From Synergistaceae bacterium UBA5827 (lineage in GTDB: Bacteria; Synergistota; Synergistia; Synergistales; 79-D21): a DNA stretch of 39,359 nucleotides. Below, piece after piece: positions 1-7,924 of the stretch; the stretch's first letter is position 1, and each line of letters opens with the position of its first letter. Location: the NCBI GenBank assembly GCA_002432945.1, contig DJHE01000027.1, forward strand, positions 1 through 39,359, written 5' to 3'. Below the pieces are notes generated by a model. That model made no database searches. It was given only the letters and a program-made list of their open reading frames with translations, and was not told the origin of the DNA. Position numbers and translations under genes: made by a program.

Positions 1-259
1 CCAGGAGAGTGAACCCGTCCCGGCTCAGGAGGACCTCTTCCCTCTGGGAGAGGATGGGGATCCCGCCTGGGGCCATCTTGTATACGAAGTCAAAATTGAC
101 GCGGCCGAATCGATCGCTGCATTTTCGGGCAAGCTCGTCGACATCCTTGAGGATCCGGTCATGGGGTTTCCCGAACACCCTGGCGACATGGCGGCTGGAG
201 ACCACCACGCGCCCTTCTTTGACCACCAGTCCCAATGCGTTTCCCGTTTCTTCTCTCAT
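1..259 (-). CDS. Rha family phage regulatory protein, 5' part (runs off window)
   Basis: Manual translation from ATG 259: MREETGNALGLVVKEGRVVVSSRHVARVFGKPHDRILKDV...LLSRDGFTLL, with both Rha hallmark motifs; GGGAGG RBS. Not in the ORF track. Confidence 0.85.
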   Translation of the reverse strand, partial: MREETGNALGLVVKEGRVVVSSRHVARVFGKPHDRILKDVDELARKCSDRFGRVNFDFVYKMAPGGIPILSQREEVLLSRDGFTLL

Positions 260-299
260 GTGCCTTCCTCCCTGTTCAAAAAAACTGCCTGGATGACCG

Positions 300-308
300 T
301 GATATAAT
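300..308 (+). promoter_or_regulatory. Extended -10 promoter (TGnTATAAT) for TA operon
   Basis: TGATATAAT at 300-308, 43 bp upstream of the antitoxin ATG. Confidence 0.55.
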
Positions 309-351
309 TCCCTTGAAGGTGGGTTGCACCCACTTTCAGGAGGTGAAACCC

Positions 352-627
352 ATGCCAACAAAAACCGTCCGTTCCACGATGCGCGTCGACGACAAGGGGC
401 GCCTGACCCTTTCTGCAGATCTCCGAAAGAAACTCGGGATCGGGCCGGGAGACGTCATCTTCTGCAAGGGGAAAGAAGGCCGATTCATCTGCGCCAAGGC
501 CATCAACCCCCTGGATGCCGTCCGCCCCTCTCTGGCCGAACGCCGTAAAATCCGGGAAGGACTTGCCGACGTCAAGGCCGGCAGAGTGACGCCCTGGGAG
601 AAGGCCAAGGAAGAACTCGGACTATGA
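352..627 (+). CDS. AbrB/MazE/SpoVT-family antitoxin
   Basis: MRVDDKGRLTLSADLRKKLGIGPGD AbrB motif; AGGAGGTG RBS; ATGA overlap with toxin. Confidence 0.85.
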   Translation: MPTKTVRSTMRVDDKGRLTLSADLRKKLGIGPGDVIFCKGKEGRFICAKAINPLDAVRPSLAERRKIREGLADVKAGRVTPWEKAKEELGL

Positions 628-896
628 ACCTCGACCTGACCGATGCTGCCAAAAGGGACATCCGGAAGATCCAGGACAAAAACGCGAGAAAGGCCATCGG
701 GAAAGCCCTGGATGACTTCGCCGCCGATCCCCGTTCGGCTCCGCTCAGGAAGCTCGAGGGATACAGGAACCTCTGGCGTCTCTCCCTCGACAACTGGCGC
801 ATGGTCCTCCTCATTCGCTGGTCCGAGGATCATGCCGTCGTGGTTTGCGTAGCTGACCGCAAGGAGATCTACCAGATCGTCGGCCGAAGATTCTGA
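624..896 (+). CDS. RelE/ParE-family type II toxin
   Basis: 90 aa; AKRDIRKI...RKLEGYRNLWRL..NWRMV...VADRKEIY RelE pattern. Confidence 0.85.
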   Translation: MNLDLTDAAKRDIRKIQDKNARKAIGKALDDFAADPRSAPLRKLEGYRNLWRLSLDNWRMVLLIRWSEDHAVVVCVADRKEIYQIVGRRF

Positions 897-931
897 AGCC
901 CATACCCTGACCGTTTGCTCCGCTCCTTGTC

Positions 932-1774
932 TCATTCCCCTATCCCCTCCATCGCATCTGCCAGAGAACCAATCCCTCTTGATGCCGCCTTCTCGTTCAT
1001 CCACAGACACTCGACTTTCGGACAGGCCCGGTCCGCATACGCCTTGCGGTCGACCCTGACCCAGCCCCGGTAGAGTTCTTCGTAAAGCGGGCTGGCGTAT
1101 CCCGAAAGCAGGACCGCCCCCTTCACTTCCTTCAACACCCCTGCCAGGAGAACGTGATCCTCTTCGCTCATCTCGTAGGGCCCGTAGGCGTTCCTGCCGC
1201 TGGACTTTGAGCGGATTTCCCCGAGGTAGGGCGGGTCCGCGTAGATGGCCGTTTCCGGGCTGTCCCATCGGGCGATGGCTGACCTCGCTTCCCCCTGCTC
1301 GATGAAGACCCCTCTGAGGCGGTCCGCCCAGGCCTCCACCTGAAACCACACGTCCTTCCATTCATCGGCCGAAGAGGTTCTGTCCTCCCTAAGGCCCCGT
1401 CTCCAGCCCGAGCGCTTCCCTCCCGTGCAAGCCCCGGTGCTCCCGTGGCTCTGGTGTCCCAGGACGATGAGCCGCCTGGCATCTTCCAGGGGATCGTTCG
1501 CTTCTTCCCGGCAGTCCAGGTATTCCCTCTCGGAACAGGGGGTGTACCGCAGCAGTCTCCTCAGTTCCTCGGGCTGTTCCCGGATGGCCCGAAAGGCGCT
1601 CGTGATCCTTCCGTAGGCGTCGTTGAGGATCTCCACCTTTGACCGGGACTTCCTCAGAAGTACAGATGCCGCCCCGCAGTACGGTTCCAGGTAGATTTTG
1701 TGAGGGGGCAGGTGGGACAGGATCCAGGGAGCGATCCTCCATTTGCCTCCGTGCCATCGGGCAATGGGACGCAT
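932..1774 (-). CDS. DNA adenine methyltransferase (Dam/D12 class)
   Basis: WHGGKWR, YLEPYCGAASV (SAM-binding motif), YADPPY catalytic motif. Confidence 0.92.
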   Translation of the reverse strand: MRPIARWHGGKWRIAPWILSHLPPHKIYLEPYCGAASVLLRKSRSKVEILNDAYGRITSAFRAIREQPEELRRLLRYTPCSEREYLDCREEANDPLEDARRLIVLGHQSHGSTGACTGGKRSGWRRGLREDRTSSADEWKDVWFQVEAWADRLRGVFIEQGEARSAIARWDSPETAIYADPPYLGEIRSKSSGRNAYGPYEMSEEDHVLLAGVLKEVKGAVLLSGYASPLYEELYRGWVRVDRKAYADRACPKVECLWMNEKAASRGIGSLADAMEGIGE

Positions 1775-1777
1775 GGA

Positions 1778-2116
1778 CTAGGAAACCTCCTTTGCCTTTC
1801 TCGAGCCTCGTTTTCTGGCCTTCAGCGGCTCTTCTCCCGTTTCCTCGGCCCAGGCCGAATCCACCTGGCGGAAGTGACGGATGAGGACCTTTTCCGAGAA
1901 CTTCGGGAGCCCCTGAATCGACAGAAGCTCGGTTCGGATCCGTTTCCAGGGCCAACCCGCCATCTTGCAGTCCCTAATCTCCGGATAGAGCGCCTCGACA
2001 TAGAGATAGACCCTGCTCCAGCTTCTTTTCGGGACGGGGCGTCCAGCCAGCTTCACCAGGGCCTGACGTGCCTTCAATCCTCCCGGGAGATCCATGGGAT
2101 CACGCTCGGCCGGCAT
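1778..2116 (-). CDS. Hypothetical phage protein (basic, possible DNA binding)
   Basis: Tightly packed between Gp37/68 stop and the MTase; GGGAG RBS before ATG 2116. Confidence 0.6.
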   Translation of the reverse strand: MPAERDPMDLPGGLKARQALVKLAGRPVPKRSWSRVYLYVEALYPEIRDCKMAGWPWKRIRTELLSIQGLPKFSEKVLIRHFRQVDSAWAEETGEEPLKARKRGSRKAKEVS

Positions 2117-2121
2117 GGCTT

Positions 2122-3060
2122 TCAGGCTCCCTCCCTTCTCCTGCCTTCGGGGATCTCGTCCCACTCCTTGCCGTCCAGGAACCGGCCGGCTATCCGCTTT
2201 CCCACTCTCCGGAACTTCACCGGACGATCCCCTTTTGGGACTTCTTTTCCCACACAGGAAGAGCACAGATCCCTCTCAACCCACCAGCATCCCTCGTCAC
2301 AGCCGTTGTTCTCCGTGCAGCCGCAGACCCGGCAGGCTCGCGCTCCGTCCTCGGGAACGAACCATTCACCCCAGGACTTGAAGAAGAACGGGACCCGGGC
2401 GGAAACACATTGATCCCTCAACCCCCGTACCCAGTCGGGGTGCAGGGGCCGGGCTCCCGGTCCTGTTTCGCCCCCACAGATCACCCAGTCCAGGGCAAAG
2501 GCAGGATTCACCGGCCCCAACATGGGTTCCACGGAAACGAAGCGGATGGCTGAGGGGGTCTCCATAAGGACCGGGATCCGCTCGTCCGCCCGTGTCTGGT
2601 TTTCCGCCGTGACCCCGAGCCAGACGTTTTTCAGCGGCCAGGGCCAATCGGCACATTCCCCTCCGTTATCGACAACCGAAGAAATGAAGTCGTCATCGAT
2701 CAGGAGGCGCTTCATTCGTCCGGGGCGCTTGGTGAGGACCATGAAGGTGTGTTCATGGGCCCAGGCCATGTTCTGGAAGATCTCGGCGAGCGTTTCTTCG
2801 GGCACGTCCTCGTGGAAGAGGTCCCCCATGCTGCAGACAAAAATCCGCCTGGGCTTCACCCATCGAAGGGGTTGACCCATCCGGCCGGCATGGACCTTCA
2901 CCCTGAAGGGATCCTCCCGGTCGTAGCCAACTCGGCCTCTGAGCCGCCCCTGTGCGTTGCGTTTTGCGTAGCAGTGCTTGCACCCCTCGGAAACGGGGGA
3001 ACACCCCGTGACCGGGTTCCAGGTTGCGTCTGTCCACTCGATCTTCGATCGGTCTCCCAT
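2122..3060 (-). CDS. Phage Gp37/Gp68 (DUF5131) family radical-SAM-like protein
   Basis: SKIEWTDATWNPVTGCSPVSEGCKHCYA, FVCSMGDLFH, LTKRP, NVWLGVTAENQ, DWVICGGETG. Confidence 0.93.
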   Translation of the reverse strand: MGDRSKIEWTDATWNPVTGCSPVSEGCKHCYAKRNAQGRLRGRVGYDREDPFRVKVHAGRMGQPLRWVKPRRIFVCSMGDLFHEDVPEETLAEIFQNMAWAHEHTFMVLTKRPGRMKRLLIDDDFISSVVDNGGECADWPWPLKNVWLGVTAENQTRADERIPVLMETPSAIRFVSVEPMLGPVNPAFALDWVICGGETGPGARPLHPDWVRGLRDQCVSARVPFFFKSWGEWFVPEDGARACRVCGCTENNGCDEGCWWVERDLCSSCVGKEVPKGDRPVKFRRVGKRIAGRFLDGKEWDEIPEGRRREGA

Positions 3061-3071
3061 GGGCCTTCACC

Positions 3072-3239
3072 TCACTGTGTGAACAGGTCGCAGATTTCCC
3101 CGGGCCAGGTGGGAACCTTGAGAGCTGCACAGGGCTTCTTTCCCCCGGAGGCGTAGGGATCCCAGAAAGCGCATCGCCGGCAGCAGAAGGCTTCCGCGTC
3201 CTGTTCGGCGCTTCGGATCTTCACGGCCGTCTCTTCCAT
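3072..3239 (-). CDS. 55-aa Cys-rich hypothetical protein
   Basis: MEETAVKIRSAEQDAEAFCCRRCAFWDPYASGGKKPCAALKVPTWPGEICDLFTQ; GAGGAGG RBS; fills the gap in the operon; below ORF-track cutoff. Confidence 0.65.
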   Translation of the reverse strand: MEETAVKIRSAEQDAEAFCCRRCAFWDPYASGGKKPCAALKVPTWPGEICDLFTQ

Positions 3240-3241
3240 GT

Positions 3242-3409
3242 CTAGTCCTCCTCATGGTTTTTCCCGTCCTCTTCTGCTGCGGCCTGAAACAGTGCCAGTC
3301 CCTCGTCGCACAGCCCGAAGACGATGGGGGTCTCCCTGCACTGGTCACAGCGCATCATGTGTTCCAGGAGGGACCGTTCGGCGACGGAAACAGATTCGAA
3401 TTCATCCAT
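3242..3409 (-). CDS. 55-aa hypothetical protein with HxxxCxxC..C motif
   Basis: MDEFESVSVAERSLLEHMMRCDQCRETPIVFGLCDEG...; operon-like spacing. Confidence 0.55.
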   Translation of the reverse strand: MDEFESVSVAERSLLEHMMRCDQCRETPIVFGLCDEGLALFQAAAEEDGKNHEED

Positions 3410-3414
3410 GACAC

Positions 3415-3990
3415 TCACAGCCCTTCCGCAAAGCTCAGGACTTTTCGCGGATACCACTTCGCCCCGCCCGAGTAGGCTTCCAGAGCCCTGGGAATATTTC
3501 CGTACCGGTTCAGGTAGTGCCGTAGGATCCAGGCCCCGGCAAGGATGGATCGCCGGGGCTCGAACAGGTCTTCCCGAGTAAAGATCTCGGGGTGCCGGAG
3601 AGTGAGCTCCTTCTTCCAGACCGGCCAGTTCACCTGGGTGAGGCCGAGGCAGCCCTTGTTGACCGCTTCGGGTTTCGCCCGGGATTCCGTGTGAATGAGG
3701 CCGGCGAGGATTGATTCCGGGAGGTTGTAGCGGTCTGCGGCTTCCTGCACGGCGTAGGCCATGTAGAGGGCCGTTTCCGGATCCAGGGCGGGGTTGGTTG
3801 TGAGGAAAAACCGCTTCAGGCTTTCCACACCCCGGGATTGTCCGGATTCCAGAGAAGCAGCCAGGACCGCGGAAGAGGCGAAGGCTTCCTGTTTCACCTG
3901 GCGCCATTCCGTGACGGCCATGCCCACCCCGGTGCCGAAGGTGAGTCCCGAGAGGAAGACGAAGAGGGCCAGTTTCCCGTGGCGCTTCAT
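3415..3990 (-). CDS. Lytic transglycosylase (SLT domain) with N-terminal TM/signal anchor
   Basis: LIHTESR (catalytic Glu), GCLGLTQV, ALEAYSGG; hydrophobic N-terminus; AGAGGAGG RBS. Confidence 0.9.
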   Translation of the reverse strand: MKRHGKLALFVFLSGLTFGTGVGMAVTEWRQVKQEAFASSAVLAASLESGQSRGVESLKRFFLTTNPALDPETALYMAYAVQEAADRYNLPESILAGLIHTESRAKPEAVNKGCLGLTQVNWPVWKKELTLRHPEIFTREDLFEPRRSILAGAWILRHYLNRYGNIPRALEAYSGGAKWYPRKVLSFAEGL

Positions 3991-4961
3991 GATTCCATCC
4001 CCTCCTCTTTCACCCTGGAGGCCAGGGCCCGAAAGAGGGCCAATAGTCCATCGATCCGGTCGGGGCTTTTCTCCATGGAGGGCTTGATATTTCCAAAACC
4101 GTCCGTTTCCACAGCAAGGTTGTCCGCCATCCATTCCATGAGGGGGTTGTCGTCATGGGTGAGGGCACCGGACCGGAGAAGGCGGGGAAGGTCTTTCAGA
4201 ACCGGGGACAGGGAAGCGAAGCCCTGCCGGATGGGAACAAGCCTGAAGCCCTTCTTCCGGAGGTCGTCGGTGAGTCCGATTCCGTTCCAGGGGTCATGGG
4301 CGATCCACAAAACGGGGTGGGATTCGGCAAATTCCCCGATCTCCCGACAGATCCGGGGAAGGTCCGTGACCCCGCCCGGGGTGACGGTGAGCCACTTTCC
4401 CTTCGCGCAGGCGGTATAGAGAAGGCCTTTCGTCCCGGGTTCCTTCAGGGCGTCTTCGGGGATCCAGAACCGGGTGAGAAGGTGGAGACGTCCGTCTTCC
4501 AGCTGGAAGAGAAAGACGGCGGCGGTAAGCTCGGTCACGCTGGTGGAGGAAACGCCGACGATGCAGGGCCGCTCGGCCAGGTCGAAGGGATCGGTATCCA
4601 CGGCGCAGGCCTTCCATTCGGAGAGGGAAAAAAGCGGGGGTTCCTGAAGGCCTCCCGAGATGGGGCTATAGACGGCCTTGACCTGCGGCACGGCCTTAAG
4701 CAGTCCTTTGATCTGGTCCAGGAGGAAGGAGACCTTGACGGCCCACTCCCGGAATTCCTCCTCTCCCTGCATGGAAAACCCGATGGTGCAGGATTTGGGG
4801 TCCGATCCGGGGCGCAAAGCACATCCTTTCCCGTGAGGGGATTCGGCCTTTCCCATAAGCCCATTCTGCAGGGCATCCAGGTCGACGGGACGGATCCGGA
4901 CAGTGCCGGTTTCGACTCCGCATTCAATCCTTCCGCTTGTCTTTTCCGGGCAGTTCTCCAT
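3987..4961 (-). CDS. Protein with stand-alone terminase large-subunit (Terminase_1-type) C-terminal nuclease-like domain, no ATPase
   Basis: RFWIPED, IAHDPWN, QGFASLSP, HDDNPLMEWMADN, GNIKPSMEKSPDRIDG match the TerL C-terminus; no Walker A/B; GAGGTGA RBS before ATG 4961. Confidence 0.8.
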   Translation of the reverse strand: MENCPEKTSGRIECGVETGTVRIRPVDLDALQNGLMGKAESPHGKGCALRPGSDPKSCTIGFSMQGEEEFREWAVKVSFLLDQIKGLLKAVPQVKAVYSPISGGLQEPPLFSLSEWKACAVDTDPFDLAERPCIVGVSSTSVTELTAAVFLFQLEDGRLHLLTRFWIPEDALKEPGTKGLLYTACAKGKWLTVTPGGVTDLPRICREIGEFAESHPVLWIAHDPWNGIGLTDDLRKKGFRLVPIRQGFASLSPVLKDLPRLLRSGALTHDDNPLMEWMADNLAVETDGFGNIKPSMEKSPDRIDGLLALFRALASRVKEEGMES

Positions 4962-5076
4962 GTTGTTGGTCACCTCGGCCTCCGCTAGAATGGAGGCGGC
5001 AGTTGGCGCTGCCGCTTCGATATACCCTTTCGCTGGTGCCCGCCCTCGTGGCGGGCTAAAACTTTTCCGAACTGGC

Positions 5077-5304
5077 TCATGGCTTTTCCTCAAACTGCTT
5101 ACCTTCGGGAAGCTCACCAAGGATCTCCCGAATCCGTGAAGGAACACTCTTGTGAAGGATGATCTCCAGGTCCTTTCGGAACCGCTTTATAGCTCGATCC
5201 AAAGCGGGGAGTCCTTTCGCGGTGTCTCCGGAGACCATTTCCACCTGAATAGAAGCGATGACCTCTCCTTCGCCAACGGACCGATAAAACAGGTCGACCT
5301 TCAT
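5077..5304 (-). CDS. Hypothetical phage protein
   Basis: ORF in operon orientation with purine-rich RBS; alternative GTG start at 5316. Confidence 0.55.
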   Translation of the reverse strand: MKVDLFYRSVGEGEVIASIQVEMVSGDTAKGLPALDRAIKRFRKDLEIILHKSVPSRIREILGELPEGKQFEEKP

Positions 5305-5368
5305 GCTGCCTTTCACCCCCTATCGATTTCGGGATCACCGATTGGCTCGAGCGCGACTTCCAAAAACA

Positions 5369-5554
5369 TCAGGGGTCGAACTTCCTTTCCGCTCCGTCGC
5401 AGGTCCCGGCCAGGAAAGCCTCCACGCCTCCGGCTTCCTCAATCCTCCGTGCGGCAGCTAGAACCTCATCAATGAAAGGCTGGAGCGGTACTCTTTTCGC
5501 TTCGAGAAACCGACGAATTTCAAGGTTGCGAGCTTCCGATAACGCTTCCGCCAT
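5369..5554 (-). CDS. Hypothetical phage protein
   Basis: GGAGGTGG RBS before ATG 5554; helical, charged product. Confidence 0.55.
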   Translation of the reverse strand: MAEALSEARNLEIRRFLEAKRVPLQPFIDEVLAAARRIEEAGGVEAFLAGTCDGAERKFDP

Positions 5555-5731
5555 ATTCACCACCTCCAATTGAGTCAAGAAAATCTCGGCCTTGGTTCAG
5601 CAAATTTGAGACACCCTGAAGGAAGCACTTTGTTTCTGGTTGGTCCGCTTTCCCGTCTTGAAGGTCCGATACGTACCCCAACACTTCCGCTGGTTCGTCG
5701 ATCAAGGCGGCAATTGCTCCGACTGCGGGGA

Positions 5732-5983
5732 TTAGACCGCAGAGGGCGTTGATGCCCCCGGTGCACGCCGCGGTTGCCCCGGGGCCGAAGTAGGGTTTCC
5801 GATCAAATCGTCGATGGTACAACCAAGTATCTTGCTCATTTGACTCAAATCGGATACACGCGGTTCCCTTTTCCCTGTCTCCCAACGGGTAATTGTTTGC
5901 CGCGAGCAACCCATTTGGGAGGCCAACTCTTCCTGCGACATTCCTTTCCGGCTACGATATTTGAATATCCCGTTCAATTTCAC
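5732..5983 (-). CDS. Cro-like XRE HTH regulator
   Basis: GMSQEELASQMGCSRQTITRWETGKREP; divergent from the CI-like gene; start approximate (GTG 5983 or TTG 5977). Confidence 0.85.
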   Translation of the reverse strand: MKLNGIFKYRSRKGMSQEELASQMGCSRQTITRWETGKREPRVSDLSQMSKILGCTIDDLIGNPTSAPGQPRRAPGASTPSAV

Positions 5984-6032
5984 CCACCCCCTGTCTCCAA
6001 TCAGTTTTTTATCTAGGCTTAGCAAATAATAA

Positions 6033-6141
6033 TGCTACCATTTGGAATCATCAATAGGTCCATAGGCCTATTTGTTTCCATTCGGGTTCTTTTTAGTGAG
6101 TCTATTTGGTGGTTGTGCCATTGTCTCCAAATGGTGACAAT
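6033..6141. promoter_or_regulatory. Candidate CI/Cro operators in the lysogeny switch
   Basis: Near-perfect palindrome ATTGTCTCCAAATGGTGACAAT (6120-6141); degenerate copies TGCTACCATTTGGAATCA (6033-6050) and TGTTTCCATTCGGGTTCT (6073-6090). Confidence 0.6.
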
Positions 6142-6161
6142 CCTAAGGGGGGGTGAGGAAC

Positions 6162-6854
6162 ATGGAGCAACATCTCATTGCTTCACGAATAAAGGGGTTG
6201 AGACGCAAGAAGGGGATAAATCAGATCGAACTTGCTGAGCTTGTCGGGGTATCGAGACAAACGATAACGAGATGGGAAACTGGATTACGAAACCCTGATT
6301 CGGAAAACCTTGCAAAAATCGCGAAAGTTCTTCAAACAACCGTAAGTTATCTCATGGGCGAAGCTGAGCAATCACATCCTAGTTATGACGAGGCCAGCAA
6401 TGTCAAAGGTCCCATGCAGGACGCCGTCTTGCTCCCAGTCCTTTCTTCCGAGATAACGGCGTGCTGCGGGGACGGCATCCCTCTTCTAGACCTCACCTCC
6501 AAAGCCTCCAGATTCGTCCCGTTCCCTAAAAGCTGGATCAGGATCTATGACGACCTGCGCCCTCCCTTCGTCATCGACGCAGAGGGAGACAGCATGGCCG
6601 GGTACGGAATCCCCGATCGATCACTTGTCGCTGTCAACCCCGCGGAAGACCTGAGATCCGGACATATAGCCGTGGTATGCATAGGTGACCAAATCGCCAT
6701 CAAAAAAATTTACTTCCGTCCTACCGGGATTGAACTGCGAAGTGCCGATAGCAGGCCGCCGATATTCATCTCGCCTGAGGAGCAGGAATGCGGTTGGTTC
6801 AAAGTAATGGGAAAAGTTCTAGGAGCCCTGAGCGGCGTAGACGAGAACCCTTAA
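6162..6854 (+). CDS. CI/LexA-like repressor (XRE HTH + peptidase S24)
   Basis: N-terminal HTH; Cys-Gly candidate cleavage site (TACCGDG); EGDSM catalytic Ser; IAIKK catalytic Lys. Confidence 0.92.
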   Translation: MEQHLIASRIKGLRRKKGINQIELAELVGVSRQTITRWETGLRNPDSENLAKIAKVLQTTVSYLMGEAEQSHPSYDEASNVKGPMQDAVLLPVLSSEITACCGDGIPLLDLTSKASRFVPFPKSWIRIYDDLRPPFVIDAEGDSMAGYGIPDRSLVAVNPAEDLRSGHIAVVCIGDQIAIKKIYFRPTGIELRSADSRPPIFISPEEQECGWFKVMGKVLGALSGVDENP

Positions 6855-6911
6855 GACAAGTAGGTTTGGAGCTTCAATAAAGGATTTCGAAAGGAAAGGT
6901 AGGCGCTTTCT

Positions 6912-7520
6912 TTGAGTTCAGACGAGTTTGAACCCAATTCGGCTTGGAAATTCGAAGAAAAATCTCCCCCAAATAGGGAGTCTTTTGAATCCTTCAAAAA
7001 GCAAATGGATGAAAAGCTCGCTTCACAACCTAATGACGGGTTTTCCAACGTCAGAGGCCCAATTGCTGAGACTATTTCAATCCCTATCGTCCCCCTATCA
7101 GAAGTTCTTACCTGTTGCGAAGGGGGCTTTCACAAGGCCATTTTGGCACTCAGGTTCCCAAACAACACCTTTTTCCCAGCCAAGGAGATCGGGAAACTTG
7201 AAGACTACAGATATCCCTTTGCCGTTAAGTCTGACGAGGATTTTACTAGAGGATTTATTGTTCCATCGGAAGGGGAAATCATTATCAATCCTGCAGAAAC
7301 AATCGAATCGGGGGATATTGCCGTCATTAGTCTGGACGGCATTATCGTCATGAAAGAAGTAACGGTGACCCCGTCAGGGTTTGAGCTTTCAAGCTCCAGG
7401 AGTCAACCCCCATTTTCGGTACCGGGAGAATACCTTTTATTCGGCCGATTCACGATCCTAGGGAAGGTTGTCGGAGTCGCGGGGCCGATCAGGAAAAGGC
7501 CAGAAAACTTCTCTATCTAA
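6912..7520 (+). CDS. HTH-less, degenerate S24 paralog of the adjacent repressor C-terminal domain
   Basis: SNVRGP/SNVKGP, TCC/ACC, PFAV/PFVI, INPAE..SG.IAV, GFEL/GIEL, LGKVVG/MGKVLG align with CI; GDSM replaced by DEDF. Confidence 0.75.
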   Translation: MSSDEFEPNSAWKFEEKSPPNRESFESFKKQMDEKLASQPNDGFSNVRGPIAETISIPIVPLSEVLTCCEGGFHKAILALRFPNNTFFPAKEIGKLEDYRYPFAVKSDEDFTRGFIVPSEGEIIINPAETIESGDIAVISLDGIIVMKEVTVTPSGFELSSSRSQPPFSVPGEYLLFGRFTILGKVVGVAGPIRKRPENFSI

Positions 7521-7579
7521 TTCATAAAAACACTTTTTCTTTTACCCATCACGTAAAACTTTTTCTTGACCGGAGGCTA

Positions 7580-7924
7580 TTGGTGGACATATACTATAGC
7601 TCGAAAGCTCTCAGAGATAGATGTTCGACAGAAAAAAAAGGCATTCGGTACTGGGGAGAACCGCTAGCCAAGAAGATACGACAGAGAATCAAAGAGTTTG
7701 AAGCCGCGACTAACTTGGGACAAATCAGCACACTCCCTCCGCCTAGATGTCATGAACTAAGGAATAATCGAGCAGGGCAATTTGCAGTTGTAATAAGCGC
7801 CAACATGCGGATTATCTTCGAACCCTACTACGAACAGGTTCCCTTATTGCCAGACGGCGGAGTGGATAAATCGAAAGTGACAAGAATCCGGATCCTGGAG
7901 GTGACTGACTACCATGACGATTAA
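7580..7924 (+). CDS. higB: HigB-type (RelE superfamily) toxin
   Basis: RCHELRNNRAGQFAVVISANMRIIFEP...IRILEVTDYH; upstream palindrome TTTTAC-N7-GTAAAA at 7540-7558. Confidence 0.85.
   Translation: MVDIYYSSKALRDRCSTEKKGIRYWGEPLAKKIRQRIKEFEAATNLGQISTLPPPRCHELRNNRAGQFAVVISANMRIIFEPYYEQVPLLPDGGVDKSKVTRIRILEVTDYHDD

Noticed and set aside
336-1361. 341-aa minus-strand ORF and many other long shadow ORFs (e.g. 11951-13081, 14853-16202, 16648-17961, 21533-22717, 32443-34017)
   Set aside because: They overlap well-supported genes in other frames or strands and show no motifs; expected in high-GC DNA.
5520-5760. Protein-like alternative frame after Cro (possible frameshift extension)
   Set aside because: No convincing start/RBS or canonical slippery heptamer; cannot be supported.
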